This document shows, piece by piece, positions 25,942-40,389 of a DNA stretch of 64,000 nucleotides. Each line of letters starts with the position of its first letter. The stretch's first letter is position 1. The position numbers and the translations under genes are program-made. The DNA lies in NCBI RefSeq assembly GCF_006345805.1, contig NC_043008.1, positions 78,120,001 through 78,184,000 on the forward strand, in the 5' to 3' direction. A model generated the notes under the pieces. That model saw nothing but the letters and a program-made list of their open reading frames with translations, ran no database searches and was not told the origin of the DNA. This stretch comes from Octopus sinensis. Taxonomy: Eukaryota.

Positions 25942-26690
25942 GTTATTATTATTATTGTTATATATATTGTTAATGCTATTATTACAATTATTATTACTAT
26001 CTTTGTTGTTACTATTCATTCTACTCGTGGTTAACTTAATGTTTTTACTATTAAGTCTAGCTATTATGGTAGCCATGTTTGGGAGAGTTGAATATGAAAT
26101 TCTTACTGATCTCCTAGAAATTGTTTTATGATATTTATGGGAGGCTGGGAAATTTTTTCCAGTATAGATTTAAATCTACTGTACACATTCGTCGAGATCG
26201 TACAATTAAAGGGGGTATTTAGCCAAATGATATTTTCTCTTTTATATTTTTTGTTTAAGTATGAGTGGGAAGGATTAGTGTTATCAGTATTCGCACGAGA
26301 ATTATTATTCCTTTTACTACTATTTTTATGCCTATCAGGTTTACCTAGGTTAGCATTTTCATATTTATTTATGATCTGTTCCCTATTTTTATTCCCATAA
26401 TTTGGTTTATACACTAGATTCTTTATCTCCATTAATTTATGTTTATGTAGGGTATGAGATTTATTATTACTTACGTCATTTACATTCACTTCATTCTTTC
26501 GGTGATTTGAGCTATCCATATCAAGAAAGGTGGTTTCCTGGTCATATCCCGCCTTGGATAATGCGATATTGTAATGGTTAGAGTGAGAGTTAAATATATC
26601 ACTATTTGATGATAATTTTGAAATTCTTTGGGAAATATTTCTAACTAATGATTTTAGTATATTCGGCGGGTGATTAGATGACTTACTTAC
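24572..26690 (-). mobile_element. 5'-truncated Penelope-like element (RT thumb, linker, GIY-YIG) with Asn-rich inserts
   Basis: [64 protein letters not shown]...YFGCS..LKRRLNNHFSSF..TT.SSKIWELK; frameshift near 26090; (TA)n on both sides. Confidence 0.9.
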
Positions 26691-26698
26691 ATATATAT

Positions 26699-26761
<63 letters not shown>

Positions 26762-26894
26762 ATATATACACACATATATTCATACATACATACATACATA
26801 CATATACATACATGTATACACACACGCACATATATATACATAGATAGATATAGTCTTTCTTCTAAAGTCTTTCTTCCAAATGCAGCAGCTCAAA

Positions 26895-28078
26895 GTTTCC
26901 CTCATTTAGTTTTGTCTACCCATTGAGTCACACCATGTAGATCAAACTGGAGCTCAGTTCGGTTTTCTTCATTGATAATTTTCTGGAGTTTAGAGTCATC
27001 AGCGAGTATTTTCACTTTGCCGTGTTTTATGACGCTGGAAAGGTCGTTTATATAGACTATAAAGTGGAGCTGGGCTTCAGTGGATTCCACCGATCGCATC
27101 ATGTGCTCTGTTCTCCAGGAAATACTCAATCCAGTATAGTAGTTCTCGCGGATTACAACATCTGACAATTTTCACAGTAGAATATTGTGGTCGACTCTGT
27201 CAAACGCTTGACTGAAGTAAAGATATAGGACGTTAGATTTTGAACCTGATCCGAAGGCTTTAAGGATATCATCGATGTGGTGTAAGCTGTGTTAGACAGT
27301 CCCTGCCGCAGAGAAAGCCATGCTGGTTTGAATTTGAGAGATTGTGGCTCTTCAAGAAGCCAGTTATCTTTGATTTCATCACGCTTTCAAGCACTTTAAT
27401 GATATGGGAGATGAGTGAGATTGGGCGATAATTGACTGCTAGGGATCTGTTCCCTTGTCTGAAAACCGGGATGATAGACTGGGATAAGAACTGTTTCAGT
27501 ATATGACCTGAGTCTAAAGAATTTCTCCAGAGTTTGGTTTGAGGGACTGCAAGTTGGTGTCTACATTCCTTGAGGACACTGGTGGAATCTACCAGGCCTT
27601 CAGCAGAATAGTATTTGATCTCCTTTATAGCTGTTATGATGTCTGAAGCAGTAACGGTTATGTCCGAGATAATATGTTTGGATTCAACTTCGTCCACAGC
27701 AGTTACGTCAATATCAGTGAGATCACTAAAGACAGAGTAGTATTGCTCCTGTAGTACTTCTACCATTTCTTTAGCACCATCTTTGTGAATGCCGTTATCA
27801 TCGATCAATGGACTAACGGGTGAGACAGCTGCCCTATGCTTATTTGTATAGAAAAAGAACACTTTTGGGTTCTGTTTCTTTTTTTTTATTACTTACTGTT
27901 CCTCTGCAGCTCTTTAATTTTCAATGTAGGTTTCATATTGGTCTGTAGATGAATTTTTTCTAACTCCACCGTTTACATTGTTGCTGAATGTGGATGTTGT
28001 ATGTGTTGGTTGTGGAAGTATTTTAATTGGTTGATTTTTTCTATTAAGTCTGCTGATGCTCCTGATGAGTTCCCCCTC

Positions 28079-28109
<31 letters not shown>

Positions 28110-30300
28110 CTCGCTCTCTAAGGAGCCTGTTTCCGTTCCTGCTAGTGGATTTCGTAGGTGCATGTTTTGAGCATGTATAGGTGATAGTGTTCTCAAAGCG
28201 CTGCCATGTGGTTTCAATGTCAGGGGAACTAAGAGTAAAGGAGTAGTCGAAAAAGGACAGACCCTTCCTGGTTGATCCCCAGTCCGCTTTGTGGAAGTTT
28301 ATATTGTCAAATAAGTGCAGTGGAGAGGAATTGGATGGTTTGCTTTTGATATGCCGGAAATAAAATTGCAGAGTATCATGTCGTGGTCCGAGAGGAGAGT
28401 CTTTTCAACGGAAATGCTGTGAATGGAACTAGAGTGGTTTGTTAATATAAGATCCAATATCGTTTAATTCTGTCTTGTTGGTTCGAGTACTAGCTCTGTC
28501 AAGAACAATTCCACCATTAGATTAAAGAGTCATTCTGCTGCTGCTTTGCCTAACTTCAGAGTATTCCTGGGCCAATTTATATAAGGGATCTTAAAATCAC
28601 CCATCACCAGTATGTTTCCGGAGTTGTAATTTTAAAGGAAGGTCTTGATTTTGTTGAAGCATTCTTCAAAGTAATTTAGAGGTGGTTGGGGAGGCCTGCA
28701 GAAGCCAACAGTTGTCATGTCATTAGCCTTGTTGAATAGTGATATGGATACACAGTAGCCATTGGAAAATATGTCCTTGGCATCAACTGCAAAGGAGTCA
28801 TGGAGGAAGATGGCTGATCTTCCTTTATTTCGGTCCGTGCGGTCTTCACGTATGAGGGTGAAATCTTTTATTTTCACCTCGGTATCCATGTGAATGCTGT
28901 TTAAGTGAGTTTCAGTGAGGATAAAGAAAGGGATACAGTGTGCCATTTCGGAAAGCCAACTCTCTATGTATGGGATCTTCCATTTTGGGGCAGTGAGTGA
29001 TGGGTTGATGCCACGTACATTTAGAAGGAATGCCGAGGCAGGGTAGTTTGATGTTTGTATTGTTCTAAGCGCTTAGTGTTGTGTGTTATGTTGTTCAGAG
29101 GTAGCAGTGAGGGTAGTTTTTGCATGGAGCTCTGTGTGTGTGATGTGCAAGTTGATGGTGGTGGGTGTTCCTTGTGTTTTGCATATACGGCTGCTGATAA
29201 CTCGTTGGATCTCCTGGATTAGGTCGGCCTTCATATTTACTAGATAAGTTAGTAAAAAAGAGTTACCTTTTTGGCTTGCCACTTGGTCAGATAATACATT
29301 GTTCATGTTTATGTTATTTGGTGTTATTGTTTTCCCATAGCTCTATCTTCATTGTTTGCTTTTAGGAGGTGAAGTGTGGTTGTATTTTGTTTTTGTTGTT
29401 GTTGAAGCACCCCTCCATTGCTGTTTATCCTTATTTTTTGTTCGTTTTGTGCTCCTCAGATGGTGCTAGTTCAGGTACATCCTTAGTGATAGGGTTTAGG
29501 ATGGAAGAAGGTGCATCCATTGACTTTTACGCATCCATATTTAGGATCAAGGCCATTGACTCTGTACTTAGGACAGTATTTGAGGTGAAGGTGAAGGCAG
29601 TTTTTTTTTCCGTTATACCATGTCTACGGTATAAGGTAGGATGGAAAAAAGGACAGCGTCCCTTGTTGGTGGTGCCGATGGGGCTAAATCTACATTTGCC
29701 TTGGGAATGGCAATGACAGGATTTTTGACGTGGAGGTTTTTCTATATTGGTAGACTCATTTTTCAGTGGTCCTATTGTAGTAGCAATAGCAGTAGCTGAC
29801 TGTTGTTGATGAAGCGACAGTGAAACTTGGCTTGGAATAGTAAGGCTAGGTAGAATGAGATCAGATTGTGATACCAAACAAGATGATTCCAATGTAGTAG
29901 CAGTAGCAGGGTGTTGTAATTGCGGTAGTGAGCCCTGGTTTGCCACGGTAGTGTTGGGTAGAATTAGGTCAGATAGCGATATCAGAGGGATGTTGCTAAC
30001 TGCTGGCTAACGGGTCATTGAAGTGACCCCAGACCTGTTGGTATTGACAAGTATAACTTCAAGTATTACCATGTGCGTGTGTAAGATATGAAATGACTTG
30101 TGATTTCTTTTTTCTTTTTTTTCTTTTCTTTTTTTACTATCTGTTTTACAGATCTGTACAAGGACTGTGACGTTAATTTTTCGGTTATGATGAGCGTACC
30201 AAGCATTTATCAGTGCACTCATTTCGTTTTCTACCCGGTGACGTTTTAGAATATTATTGACCATATTCAGTATTAGATACTGTATTATAAAACAGTATTA
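26895..30300 (-). mobile_element. CR1-clade LINE with ORF1 remnant, APE endonuclease and RT, broken at its 3' end; many stops
   Basis: FILTETHL..GFCRPP (28632-28946, APE), NYRPISLISHIIKVLE..QHGF (27269-27862), FIVYINDL..KILADDSKL (26902-27168); Cys/His cluster CHSQGKC..CPFFHP in ORF 29527-29946. Confidence 0.9.
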
Positions 30301-30745
30301 TACACTGTACGTCAGTTATTGCTGATCTGATGCATGATCGTGAATGTGCTGTGGGAGAGTTTATGTTGATATATTCGGAAATGTGTGGCAATAACTGTGT
30401 AATGAGAGTTCAGTGTATTTAGTACAAATCAGAAAGAGTGATGTGTTTATACAAATCAAGAGAAATTAATTGTGCTCACGAGTCTAATTTTAGAACTAAT
30501 CTTGAGATTATTCGATTTCTTTTGCCAGCACTGCTGGTTTATATTTTGTTTCACCAGGTGGTATCTAAACTAGTGTAAATTTATCCTCCGATGATAATAA
30601 GATAGTAGAATTCGAGGGTCTTGGGAAAAATCAAGGAACGTTACTGTTGGTTTGAGTTGAAATATGTTTCTTTGGCTACTGACTGGCTAGAGATATGAAA
30701 AGTACGACTTGTCACCATGAAGGTACCAATCCCCTAAAATTATAT

Positions 30746-30818
<73 letters not shown>

Positions 30819-30829
30819 TAAGGTATGTA

Positions 30830-31440
30830 GAAAAATACAACATGGACAAGAACGTATAACTCTTAGAAGACGACACAATAAACACGGACAGGACACTCGA
30901 AACCCTCAGTCTTCAGTCAAGAACCGGATCATCGTAGTATTTTCGGCTGATTAATCTTGAGATTACTAGATCACGGCCAGCCCTCCAAGAAAAACTAAGC
31001 AACGAGCATTAGAAAAACTAAGCTGGAAGCGTAGATTTCCTGGAAGAAGGATCGAATGCATACGAACACCAGGACAGCAAAAGGGACAGATATAAAAAAA
31101 ACAAAAAACAATAATGGAATACAGAAACATGAAATACAGAAGCATTAACGGTGAAAACAACAAGTGTCTTACGACTGATAACAAGCAAACAAATTTTTTC
31201 TCTGGCGCATTGGAAGAAGCCTTTATAGCGGCGGACGAAAAACAACGATGTTAACACGACGAGGGTCAGGAGCTGAAAGGCAGATTTCGGCCAACAGTCA
31301 CGTGACAGAGAAGAGGGAAAAGAAAAGAAAGAGAAGCAAAGGAAGAGAGAGAGAGAGGAGGGACAAACGCAACAAAGAGAGAGAAGAGAGAGAAGAAGGA
31401 ATCAGAGAGGAGAAGGGATGGGTGTCGAAGAATGACCTGT
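30830..31440 (-). mobile_element. Non-coding repeat with degenerate PLE-like terminal motifs
   Basis: Bounded by (TA)n; minus strand has GACUGAAGACUGAGG.. and GGCUG..CAGCC-GAAA remnants; architecture resembles 41768-42452. Confidence 0.35.
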
Positions 31441-31457
31441 GAGTGCATATATATATA

Positions 31458-31497
<40 letters not shown>

Positions 31498-32541
31498 TAT
31501 ATATATATATATAAAAAATAATATGTTACATTTACTCAATAGTCAAGATAAAACTCTGAGTTTCAGATGCCGAAGTGGAAATCCACAACACCATCTCTTC
31601 GGTTATCTGGCCATCTGAAAAACGCTATGAAAAAATACCGTTATATAAAGGGAAATTACTGTGTTATAATTCTGCTCGCGAACCCACGTGCGTACTTATA
31701 CGTCCCTATGAAAACGTACACATCTTCACTCGCATTTTTCGCCAAATATATACGCATATATATACAAACTCATACACACACATATGCGTACCGTAAAAGT
31801 TCATACATACGTCTATATACGCACAAGCACAAGAAAAATCATGGTTAAAGGTAACAGGAAAAAAAACATAAGGAAGTATACAAAACATAAAAACCACATT
31901 CATATACGGACATGCCCCTATGCACTCATACACACACACGCCCATATATGTACATACCCGCACATATTTATATACGCATACATACACACGCATATACAAA
32001 AAATGAATATACATATGTCCCCCCCCCCAAAAAAAAGGAAAAATACTAAGTAAAAACGTCTATATATATATATGTGCATTCTTATGCCCGCATACACGCA
32101 CACATCTAAAACTGCCCACTCATACATATTCACACACGTGTACAAATGAATCTATATACACATCTATATAGGCACAGGAAAAAATGCAGGATAGAAAAGT
32201 ACAGAAAAAATTAAAGTGTGAAAATATAAAAATATATATGAAATAATAAAAGGTATAATGAGATAAAAAACTTTTTGGGACATAATATAGAAAGCAAGTT
32301 CTATCTGTTTTCTTTAGGGGACCAAAAACGTAACAAAAATTTAGTCACATATGGGCATGAACCGAAAAGTTCTGTCCTTGAGTTTAGACATGTAGTAGGG
32401 TCTAAGCTGCTTTTCCAGATAAGCCATCTCTCCATGTCGCATAGACCGCACCTTCCGCTGCCGTTGGTGTAGGGCTTACATTTGGCCAAAATCTTCCAAT
32501 GGATGTTATAATCGACACCTTTATCTTTTAGCCCAACAGTA

Positions 32542-33144
32542 AAGAAGAGGAAAAATAGAAATAGGAAGTTCATCTGGTTTACACCCCCTTACTCACCCGA
32601 GGTGACCTTCAATATAGGTATATATTTCTTAACAATGATAGATAGACATTTTCCAGTTAACCATACTTATAGGAAACTCTTCAATAAACACAATTTAAGA
32701 ATTAGTTTTAGTTCTACAACCAATTTTAAAAATATAATCACACATAACACACAAAAACCACAACAAGAAAACAGCTGTTCATGCAGGAATAAAAAATTGT
32801 GCCCGCTAGATGGAGCTTGCATGTCCGAGACCATCATCTATAAAGCTACCGTGGACTCTATAACCACTAAAGACACCGTTTCGACGAAGAAATACGTGGG
32901 CCTTACTGTTGGGCTAAAAGATAAAGGTGTCGATTATAACATCCATTGGAAGATTTTGGCCAAATGTAAGCCCTACACCAACGGCAGCGAAAGGTGCGGT
33001 CTATGCGACATGGAGAGATGGCTTATCTGGAAAAGCAGCTTAGACCCTACTACATGTCTAAACTCAAGGACAGAACTTTTCGGTTCATGCCCATATGTGA
33101 CTAAATTTTTGTTACGTTTTTGGTCCCCTAAAGAAAACAGATAG
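32542..33144 (+). pseudogene. PLE linker plus GIY-YIG endonuclease fragment with internal deletion
   Basis: KRKNRNRKFIWFTPPYS..NIG..FL..IDRHFP...CSCRNKKLCPLDGAC..IIYKATV..YVGLT^VGLKDKGVDYNIHWKIL.KCKPY.NGS.RCGLC..E; the segment between YVGLT and LKDKG present in the 25.4 kb copy is missing. Confidence 0.85.
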
Positions 33145-33834
33145 AACTTGCTTTCTATATTATGTCCCAAAAAGTTTTTTATCTCATTATACCTTTTATT
33201 ATTTCATATATATTTTTATATTTTCACACTTTAATTTTTTCTGTACTTTTCTATCCTGCATTTTTTCCTGTGCCTATATAGATGTGTATATAGATTCATT
33301 TGTACACGTGTGTGAATATGTATGAGTGGGCAGTTTTAGATGTGTGCGTGTATGCGGGCATAAGAATGCACATATATATATATAGACGTTTTTACTTAGT
33401 ATTTTTCCTTTTTTTTGGGGGGGGGGACATATGTATATTCATTTTTTGTATATGCGTGTGTATGTATGCGTATATAAATATGTGCGGGTATGTACATATA
33501 TGGGCGTGTGTGTGTATGAGTGCATAGGGGCATGTCCGTATATGAATGTGGTTTTTATGTTTTGTATACTTCCTTATGTTTTTTTCTGTTACCTTTAACC
33601 ATGATTTTTCTTGTGCTTGTGCGTATATAGACGTATGTATGAACTTTTACGGTACGCATTCGTGTGTGTATGAGTTTGTATATATATGCGTATATATTTG
33701 GCGAAAAATGCGAGTGAAGATGTGTACGTTTTCATAGGGACGTATAAGTACGCACGTGGGTTCGCGAGCAGAATTATATCACAGTAATTTCCCTTTATAT
33801 AACGGTATTTTTTCATAGCGTTTTTCAGATGACC

Positions 33835-33897
33835 AGATAACCGAAGAGATGGTGTTGTGGATTTCCACTTCGGCATCTGAAACTCAGAGTTTTATCT
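33835..33897 (+). ncRNA. Hammerhead-like motif at outer end of duplication A (mirror copy about 31546-31608 minus)
   Basis: AGAUAA | CCGAAGA | GAUG..CAUC-U | GAA | ACUC-A-GAGU | U | UUAUCU; 6 bp perfect stem I, U4C core. Confidence 0.65.
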
Positions 33898-33996
33898 TGA
33901 CTATTGAGTAAATGTAACATATTTTATTGATAAATTCCTCTATTTACATAATATTGGGGTATCTTTCTTTCTTTTGTTATCTTACCGTTTTTACCA

Positions 33997-34028
<32 letters not shown>

Positions 34029-34479
34029 ATGTATGTATATATGTATATATCACTGCCGCTTCTCGTTTATCATCATTATCACAATCATCATCGTATATAC
34101 ACACGTAAATGCATGCAAGCCTATCTGTATGTCTGTACACGTCTGACTGAATATGTATAAATGCCGACATATGTATTTATATAGTGCATGTGTGTGTGAA
34201 TAAATGTGTAGGTATATAGGTATATATCTGTATATACTCACTTAACCGGTAGAATATCTGCTTGGTTACGATGACTTTTAATATCTCAAGTCTACAGCAT
34301 GATTCTTGTATGTTCTCAGCGGCAATATTAGCGATAAATAAACTTAGGTAAGTGATTTTGAATATGCTTACTGTCGACCCAATATTATTGTACTTATCCA
34401 TCTCTGGCGTCGTACGTGATGATGTACCTTGATTCTATTAAATCCTTTTAACTAATTCATGTGTGTGTGTGTTTGTGTG

Positions 34480-34518
<39 letters not shown>

Positions 34519-35184
34519 TGTGTGTGTGTGTGTGTGTATACAGGCATACCTCACCCTACGTCGTTAATTGGTTCCAGGAGACAACTTAAGTCTAATTAAC
34601 TTGTCTCTAGGCTCGACCGAATTTACTTGTGTCTAGGCTAAACTGATAATAACCATTCCCAGTTCTGTGCTTTATTTATGAATGCATTTTCAATAATATA
34701 TGGTTAATAAAAAAACTATTCTAAGCTTACAAACAAATAATTTCCATGTTTTAATGCACACACACATAGACACACATATATATATATACGCACACACATA
34801 CACACACGCATATGAACTCACACATACCTCCCCCCACACAATACACACTTATACATACACGCACACAATTACACATACATCGGCATATACACACACGCAC
34901 ATACACGCACACGCACGCACACATACACTCACACACAGAGGAACACACATATACTCCACACACAATCCACCACCCAAAACATATACATACATGCACACAC
35001 GTACAAAATACGCACACACACGTGCTACTACAAACACAGGCACATAAACATGCACACACACACAGCCTTGCTCGCACGCACATACTTTTTCTTCACCTAT
35101 TCCCTTCCGGTCATTTTAAATTGTAACCACGTGAATCGTTGGTGATTTTCTTCCTCCGTCTTCTTTTTAATTGAACTTTCTTCT

Positions 35185-35220
35185 GTTTCCGAAGAACAGC
35201 GTCTGCTCGAACCGTGAAAC
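35185..35220 (+). ncRNA. Degenerate copy of the U4C minimal hammerhead family
   Basis: GUUU-CCGAAGA-A-CAGC(GUCU)GCUC-GAA-CCGU-G-AAAC; homologous to 18992-19026 and 5626-5661. Confidence 0.5.
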
Positions 35221-35324
35221 CATCTTTCTTTTCTTCCCTGAGCGTCTGTTAATACTTTACATGTACCACATCGTCGCGTTGTTGTGTGTTTTGTGTTTCT
35301 TCTTTTTTTTATTTACTAAGTGTG

Positions 35325-35490
35325 TGTGTGTTGAAGTGGTTGTGCGGTAAAAAACTTGCTTCCCAACTACAAGGGTCCAGGTTCAGTTCCACTGTGTGCT
35401 ACCTTGGGCAACTGTCTTCTGCTATAGCTTCGGGCCGACCAATGCCTAGTGAGTGGATTTCGTCAACAGAAACTGAAAGAAGCACGTCGT
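35325..35490 (+). mobile_element. SINE 5' half
   Basis: Diverged match to 16618-16780 (GGTTCAGTTCC, CCTTGGGCAA, GAAACTGAAAGAAG). Confidence 0.8.
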
Positions 35491-35556
35491 ATATATATAT
35501 ATACACACACACATGTGTGTGTATGTTTCTCTATGTAAGTGTATGTATATATATAC

Positions 35557-35827
<271 letters not shown>

Positions 35828-35838
35828 TATATAGAAGG

Positions 35839-35889
35839 AGCTTCTACAGGACTAGAACTGTTTCATTCAAGAGAAATCTTCAGGAAGCT
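35839..35889 (-). ncRNA. Type I hammerhead motif, left end of duplication B
   Basis: Exact mirror of 40339-40389. Confidence 0.75.
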
Positions 35890-36952
35890 AGTTAACAAGA
35901 ATTGTATTGGCATTTATACATTTAGGCAGGTTTAACGGGGTGTTGGTGGGGGACTTTTTTGGGGGTAGGCATAGCACAAAATATCATACTTGGGGAGTGG
36001 TCAAGGAGTCAGTGTTAAATTAGATAGAAGAAATAAATAAAAAAATAAAAAAATAAAAAATAAAAGAATAAAATAAAAAAACCTATATATAAAAAAAAAA
36101 ACAAAAAAACCTATATATAAAAAAAGGGGGGATAGAGTTTTAGGTAAATAAGGAGATTCTCACTTATACCTATGCACACATGTATACATACATACACACA
36201 CATGCAGACATATATACACATACATACACACACATATATATACATATATATACACTTACACATACACATGCATATACATATCTACACATACACATATATG
36301 TATACACACACACACTCACATGCATACACGTATACACACATGTATATATACACACACGACCTCACATACATATACGCACAGAAAAATATATATACACATA
36401 CACACACATACTCACATACACGCATACACACACATATCCACACACACACATGCACACACAGCCCACTAGTCCCTATATACACATATATACACATAACACA
36501 CATAAACACACATACATACATATACATACATGTATACATATACATATGTGTACCTATGCAAACCTACACATACACATATATATACACATACTAATACAGA
36601 CCCATTCCCTAATTTTAATTTTATTATCTTCGTTTATTACTTTTGTTATCTTTGGCCGCTTGGTCACAAGCATCTTGGCTATGACAGCCATTCCATTTAT
36701 CTGTCTACTGGAAAACAAGCACTCATTCACTCACGCACACTCTTTAGCACGTACTCTCACTCATTCGTACACTCATACATATACACGCACGCACGCGTTA
36801 TATTCATACATACATCCATCTACATACATTCACGTATATACACATCCGTACGCGTACCTACAGATTTATGTCTACACTCTTAGAAGGCTAGTCAATATAT
36901 ATACACCAATAAATATAAATACACACACATACATATACACCTACATACAAAT

Positions 36953-37000
<48 letters not shown>

Positions 37001-37428
37001 CATATATATATATATATATACATATATATATTCACACATATAATATATATACATACACATATATACACACACACATATATACACACACATACGCATACAC
37101 ACATATATACATATATATACACTACACGCACATACACATGTACATGCGTACCCATACACACACACACACACGCGCGCGCATCCATATATACACATAAGTA
37201 CACACATGCGTAAAAGTATACATATATCTATGCTTACACACACACACACACACACGCGCCTCCTTATATTCATACTTACATGCATACTCAAAAAATAAGT
37301 AAATAGTAAAATATATATACGCGCAGTTATTCGTACATGCATACTCATAAAATAAATAATAAATATTAAGTATATGTACGTGCAGTTACCTATTATATAG
37401 ACGGATACATACATATAAACTTACACAC

Positions 37429-37463
<35 letters not shown>

Positions 37464-37726
37464 CATATACATACATATATATATACACATACACATACAC
37501 ATACATATATACATACATATACATCTACATATATACACACACACACATACACATACATATATACATATATATACATACTTACACACATGTACATATAAAT
37601 ACACACATAGATAACTCTACGTACCTACATATGCATAAACACACGAGCGTACGCGCATATGTACATATACACATACACATACACACGCATATATATACAT
37701 ACATACTTACACATACACACATGTAT

Positions 37727-37759
<33 letters not shown>

Positions 37760-37793
37760 CATATACATACACATACACATATATATATATTAT

Positions 37794-37824
<31 letters not shown>

Positions 37825-38101
37825 CACATATATATATATACATATATATATATACACACACATACATACACATATATATACACACACACATACATACACA
37901 CATACATACACATATACATACATATACACACACATATACACATATACATATACATATACACATACACACACATATATACATGTGTGCAAACATACATACA
38001 TTCTCATACAAGCAGACACACTTACATTTACATATATACACACACTTACACACATATATACATACACATATACATACATACATACATACGTATATGCATA
38101 C

Positions 38102-38140
<39 letters not shown>

Positions 38141-38407
38141 CATACATACACATACACATACCCGTGTATGTATATATGTGTGTAAGTGTGTGTATAATGT
38201 AAATGTAAGTGTGTCTGCTGTATGAGAATGTATGTATGTTTGCACACATGTATATATGTGTGTGTATGTGTATAGTATATTGTATTGTGTATATGTGTGT
38301 GTATATGTATGTATATGTGTATGTATGTGTGTATGTATGTGTGTGTGTGTGTATATATATGTGTATGTATGTGTGTGTATATATATATATGTATATATAT
38401 ATATGTG

Positions 38408-38451
<44 letters not shown>

Positions 38452-38768
38452 TATATATATATGTGTATGTGTATGTATATGTATATATATATATATATGT
38501 GTGTGTGGTGTATACATGTGTGTATGTGTAAGTATGTATGTATATATATGCGTGTGTATGTGTATGTGTATATGTACATATGCGCGTACGCTCGTGTTTA
38601 TGCATATGTAGGTACGTAGAGATAGTTATCTATGTGTGTATTTATATGTACATGTGTGTAAGTATGTATATATATGTATATATGTATGTGTATGTGTGTG
38701 TGTATATATGTAGATGTATATGTATGTATATATGTATGTGTATGTGTATGTGTATATATATATGTATG

Positions 38769-38815
<47 letters not shown>

Positions 38816-39225
38816 AAGTTATATATGTATGTATCCGTCTATATAATAGGTAATGCACGTACATATACTTAATATTTATTATTTATTTTTTAAGTATGCA
38901 TGTACGAATAACTGCGCGTATATATATTTTACTATTTACTTATTTTTGAGTATGCATGTAAGTATGAATATAAGGAGGCGCGTGTGTGTGTGTGTATGTG
39001 TAAGCATAGATATATGTATACTTTTACGCATGTGTGTACTTATGTGTATATATGGGTGCGCGGCGTGTGTGTGTGTGTGTATGGGTACGCATGTACATGT
39101 GTATGTGCGTGTAGTGTATATATATGTATATGTGTGTGTATGGTATGTGTGTGTATATATTGTGTGTGTGTATATATGTGTATGTATATATATATGTGTG
39201 AATATATATATGTATATATAATATA

Positions 39226-39271
<46 letters not shown>

Positions 39272-40338
39272 ATTTGTATGTAGGTGTATTATGTATGTGT
39301 GTGTATGTATTATATTTATTGGTGTATATATTGACTAGCCTTCTAAGAGTGTAGACATAAATCTGTAGGTACGCGTACGGATGTGTATATACGTGAATGT
39401 ATGTAGATGGATGTATGTATGAATATAACGCGTGCGTGCGTGTATATGTATGAGTGTACGAATGAGTGAGAGTACGTGCTAAAGAGTGTGCGTGAGTGAA
39501 TGAGTGCTTGTTTTCCAGTAGACAGATGAATGGAATGGCTGTCATAGCCAAGATGCTTGTGACCAAGCGGCCAAAGATAACAAAAGTAATAAACGAAGAT
39601 AATAAAATTAAAATTAGGGAATGGGTCTGTATTAGTATGTGTATATATATGTGTGTATGTGTAGGTTTGCATAGGTACACATATGTATATGTATACATGT
39701 ATGTATATGTATGTATGTGTGTGTATATGTGTGTGTATGTGTATATATGTGTATATAGGGACTAGTGGGCTGTGTGTGCATGTGTGTGTGTGGATATGTG
39801 TGTATGCGTGTATGTGAGTATGTGTGTGTATGTGTATATATATTTTTCTGTGCGTAGTATGTAGTGTGTATATGAGGTCGTGTGTGTATATATACATGTG
39901 TGTATACGTGTATGCATGTGAGTGTGTGTGTATATACATATATGTGTATGTGTAGTATATGTATATGCATGTGTATGTGTAAGTGTATATATATGTATAT
40001 ATGTGTGTGTGTATGTATGTGTATATATGTCTGCATGTGTGTGTATGTATGTATACATGTGTGCATAGGTATAAGTGAGAATCTCCTTATTTACCTAAAA
40101 CTCTATCCCCCCTTTTTTTATATATAGGTTTTTTTTTTTTTTTTATATATAGGTTTTTTTTATTTTATTCTTTTATTTTTTATTTTTTTATTTATTCTTC
40201 TATCTAATTTAACACTGACTCCTTGACCACTCCCCCAAGTATGATATTTTGTGCTATGCCTACCCCCAAAAAAGTCCCCCACCAACACCCCGTTAAACCT
40301 GCCTAAATGTATAAATGCCAATACAATTCTTGTTAACT

Positions 40339-40389
40339 AGCTTCCTGAAGATTTCTCTTGAATGAAACAGTTCTAGTCCTGTAGAAGCT
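40339..40389 (+). ncRNA. Type I hammerhead motif, right end of duplication B
   Basis: AGCUUC | CUGAAGA | U-UUC(UCUU)GAA-U | GAA | ACAG(UUCUAGUC)CUGU | A | GAAGCU; 6 bp stem I, 4 bp stem III, GUA triplet; weak stem II closed by U.U. Confidence 0.75.

Larger units (their letters stand above)
31520..33923. repeat. Giant inverted duplication A (about 1.02 kb arms, 360 bp spacer)
   Basis: 31520-32542 is the reverse complement of 32903-33923, nearly identical; mirrored ORFs 31567+/33876- and 32275+/33170-. Confidence 0.95.

Noticed and set aside
25715-26131. Poly-Leu hydrophobic ORF as a membrane protein
   Set aside because: Antisense reading of the (AAT)n poly-Asn tract of the PLE
36170-40127. 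Dozens of overlapping His/Thr/Tyr/Ile ORFs
   Set aside because: Microsatellite translations mirrored by the inverted duplication
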